Shown: in pieces, positions 61,773 through 64,000 of the stretch
Layout of the letters: the number at the start of each line of letters is the position of its first letter
Position numbering within the stretch: position 1 is the first letter of the stretch
Source: an uncultured Chloroflexia bacterium
Lineage (GTDB): Bacteria > Chloroflexota > Anaerolineae > Anaerolineales > UBA4823
DNA: 64,000 nucleotides
Reading direction: 5' to 3'
NCBI GenBank assembly: GCA_963797475.1
Contig: CAWCPR010000012.1
Location: forward strand, 219,195 to 283,194
Notes under the pieces: model-generated
What the model was told of the DNA's origin: nothing
The model's input: the letters and a program-made list of their open reading frames with translations, nothing else
The model's database searches: none
Translations under genes and position numbers: made by a program

Positions 61773-64000
61773 CTACGACTTCACTTGCCCCGTCTTGTCA
61801 ATGAGCGGCAGCCCCTTCTCCTCGCCCGGCTGCTCCAGGGCGAAGCGAGCCTGGCGATTGCGGTTGTTGCCCATGAACCATTCGAAGTTTTTGCCCTCCG
61901 GGTTGGGCTCGGGGTCCGCGCGGGGGTAGTGGATCGGCAGCCCGACTGGCTGCTCGCCCAGCAGGGCCAGCAGCTCACGCAGATGGGGGAGCTGGTCGAA
62001 GGGCAGGTCATAGGCCAGGGACATGGGGATTTAAACTCCTCGACCCATTGCTGCTGCTCGGCCGGTTCCACCGGGCGCACGCCGCTCTGCCAGCCGGTTG
62101 TATAGCGCTCATCCATTTCAATCACGCTCACCTGCAGCCCGGCCAAGCGCAAACTGCCGAACCCCAGGGGCTTGGCGTATCCCAGCCGGTGGAAGCCCTT
62201 GCCCTCCAGCTTCAGGCACCACAGGAGCGTCCCCAGCTCGACCGGGGCTAGGTTCTCAAACTGAATGGAAAAGGAGAACTTCGCTCCTGGCTCGAGCGCC
62301 CCTTCGACCGTGCGGTTCTGGTCCGATTTTTTCACCCGGCTGCGGTATTCTCGCTGCGGGTCCCGCCAATAGGCGCGGTCGCCGGCGTGGCCGTGGTGGC
62401 GGAACACTTTGCGCCCGCGCAGCACGTTCTGGCGGTTGTCATATCCGGCCTCCGCCTCGTCCAGGCCGCTGCGCGGCTTGCCCGCGGAGGGACGCAGGTA
62501 AAAACGGGTTGTGGTCGGCTTGGGAGAGCCGAGCACCGCCAGTTCCATCGGCCCCATTTCCACGGCCTGGTCCTCCAGGCGGCCGTGATTGAACTGGAGC
62601 CGACCGGCATAAGCCGTCTGGGCCGAAATCGGCAGAGGTTTATCGCTGCTGCGCGTGCTGCTGTACACCCACCCAAATGTCCGGCAGGCCGGGCACAGGT
62701 GGTCAATATCCCGGCACTTCCACAGGTGCAGCGGCAGCAGGTCGTCGACTTTTCGCTTGTTGCTCACCCGCGGTACCGCGACCGGGGCAATGAACTCAAC
62801 CTCCGGAGCCTGCAGACTGCCCGAGAGCATCACGTATGCCAGGTCTCCATCCTCCACCTCGCAGGAACTGCCGATGACAAATCGGCTGAAGGCCGGTGTT
62901 TTCTTGGCCGGCCGGCCGCGGTCATCCTTCTCCACCCACGGCTGATCTGGCTCGTGCTTCTTTTTTCGCCAGCGGGCCACTTCCTCGGCGTGCCGTTTCT
63001 GGTAATCCTCGATCAGGTCGCGATATTTCTGGCGGATGTCCTCCGTCAGCAGCACCTTCTCCGGGCCGAATTGGTTTTTCGGGCTGCGGAAGAAGAAACG
63101 CTCGAAGCGCTTGGTCTCGATGTTCTGGTTGTTCAGGCACAGGTAACCCTTGACCACCTGCCCACCCGACTTCGGCAGATCCTCTCTTTGTTTGGCCACA
63201 TGGAGCACGTTCCATACCGGCGGGAACTGCAGTTCCTCCACCCGGGCGTAGCACTCCTCGCCGTGCTGCATCCCGTGCAAGTCCACCGCCCGCAGTTCGG
63301 GGGGCGGGCGGCGTTTCCCGGCATAGTTGAGCGCCCGGTAGCGCTCGACCCGGCCAGCGTACAGCTTATCCCGCGGCCGATCCCCCACGACCAGTTGGGC
63401 CGTGCCCGGCAGCAGCCGCAGCCACCAGCAGTGCTTCTCCTGATCCCACTCCACCCGGGCCGGGATCAGCCTCAGGGCGTCAGCAGCCGGCAGGTGCCGG
63501 CTCAGTCTGCGCCCGTAGTCGAAATGGGCGAAACAGGAGTTGGTCGCCGCCTCGAATATGCCGCGCAGCATCCCGCGCAGGCTGGATGCCGGCAGCGCAG
63601 GCTCCGGGCCATTGCCAAAATCGTATTTGTAAAACTGGTACGTGCGGTGCTCCGAGGCCGGGTCTTCCCAATATTCAGAGTCAGAGATGAACAGAGGCGT
63701 AACCGCTTCCAGCTCGCAGGTGATCGTCCCATTCAAGCCCACCCAGCGGTCGTGCGGTGGGGGCGGGCAGCGGCCGAGCAGCTCGGTTCCCGGCTCGTCG
63801 GGCAGCGCTTGGGGTGCACCAGGCGAGCGCACGAAGTTGTATGGATTGAGAAAGCGATACGCCTGCGTTTTTTTCGATGTCCCGGCTCCGCTCGCCTGCG
63901 AGGGGCCAGGTTGGGCGCCCTTCTGCGCTCCTGCCGGGCGCACCCACTTCGCCCTCGGCCCCCGCTCGCCCATCTCGGCTTCAAACGCCAGGCGGGTCCC
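61773..64000 (-). CDS. TIGR03986-type RAMP (Cas7 with insertion; type III-D), 5' end outside the window, frameshift near 62025
   Basis: FLNPYNFV, LEAVTPLFI, PASSLRGMLR..FEA, LCPACRTFG, LGSPKPT, LRGRK, LGYAKPLGFGS. The frame is open to base 64000. Confidence 0.9.

Noticed and set aside
1-64000. rRNA or tRNA genes
   Set aside because: None recognised by eye; a covariance-model scan was not possible.

Overview
This looks like a Chloroflexota (probably Anaerolineae-like) chromosomal window; the taxonomy is inferred from the IS, CRISPR and lipoprotein styles. It has three parts. (1) 1-35 kb is a long catabolic island: a DUF2961/GH172 gene, a fucose-isomerase-like gene, IclR, two sugar-type ABC importers whose binding proteins each carry a near-identical ~800-bp internal duplication, a 2-oxoacid/acetoin dehydrogenase E1a/E1b/E2, two M24 hydrolases, a nicotinate-dehydrogenase-type Mo hydroxylase, a TAT-less reductive-dehalogenase-like protein, UroD/MtaA, BKACE, transaldolase and a SucCD-like ligase. 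(2) 35-52 kb holds several IS elements and a ~100-spacer CRISPR array with a 37-bp repeat. Three IS elements sit inside CRISPR repeats at essentially the same hairpin-loop position and in the same orientation, and one of them joins the array to a relic of a second array with a different repeat. (3) 52-64 kb is the end of a type III(-D-like) cas locus (TIGR03986 RAMP, HEPN protein, cas6, csx15) plus an unusual, tightly linked adaptation operon: RNase HI - RemA/DUF370 - stand-alone reverse transcriptase with a ~170-aa insertion - cas1 - cas2 - WYL/helicase-associated protein - leader - array. About ten single-base frameshifts suggest assembly indel errors, so pseudogene calls are uncertain.
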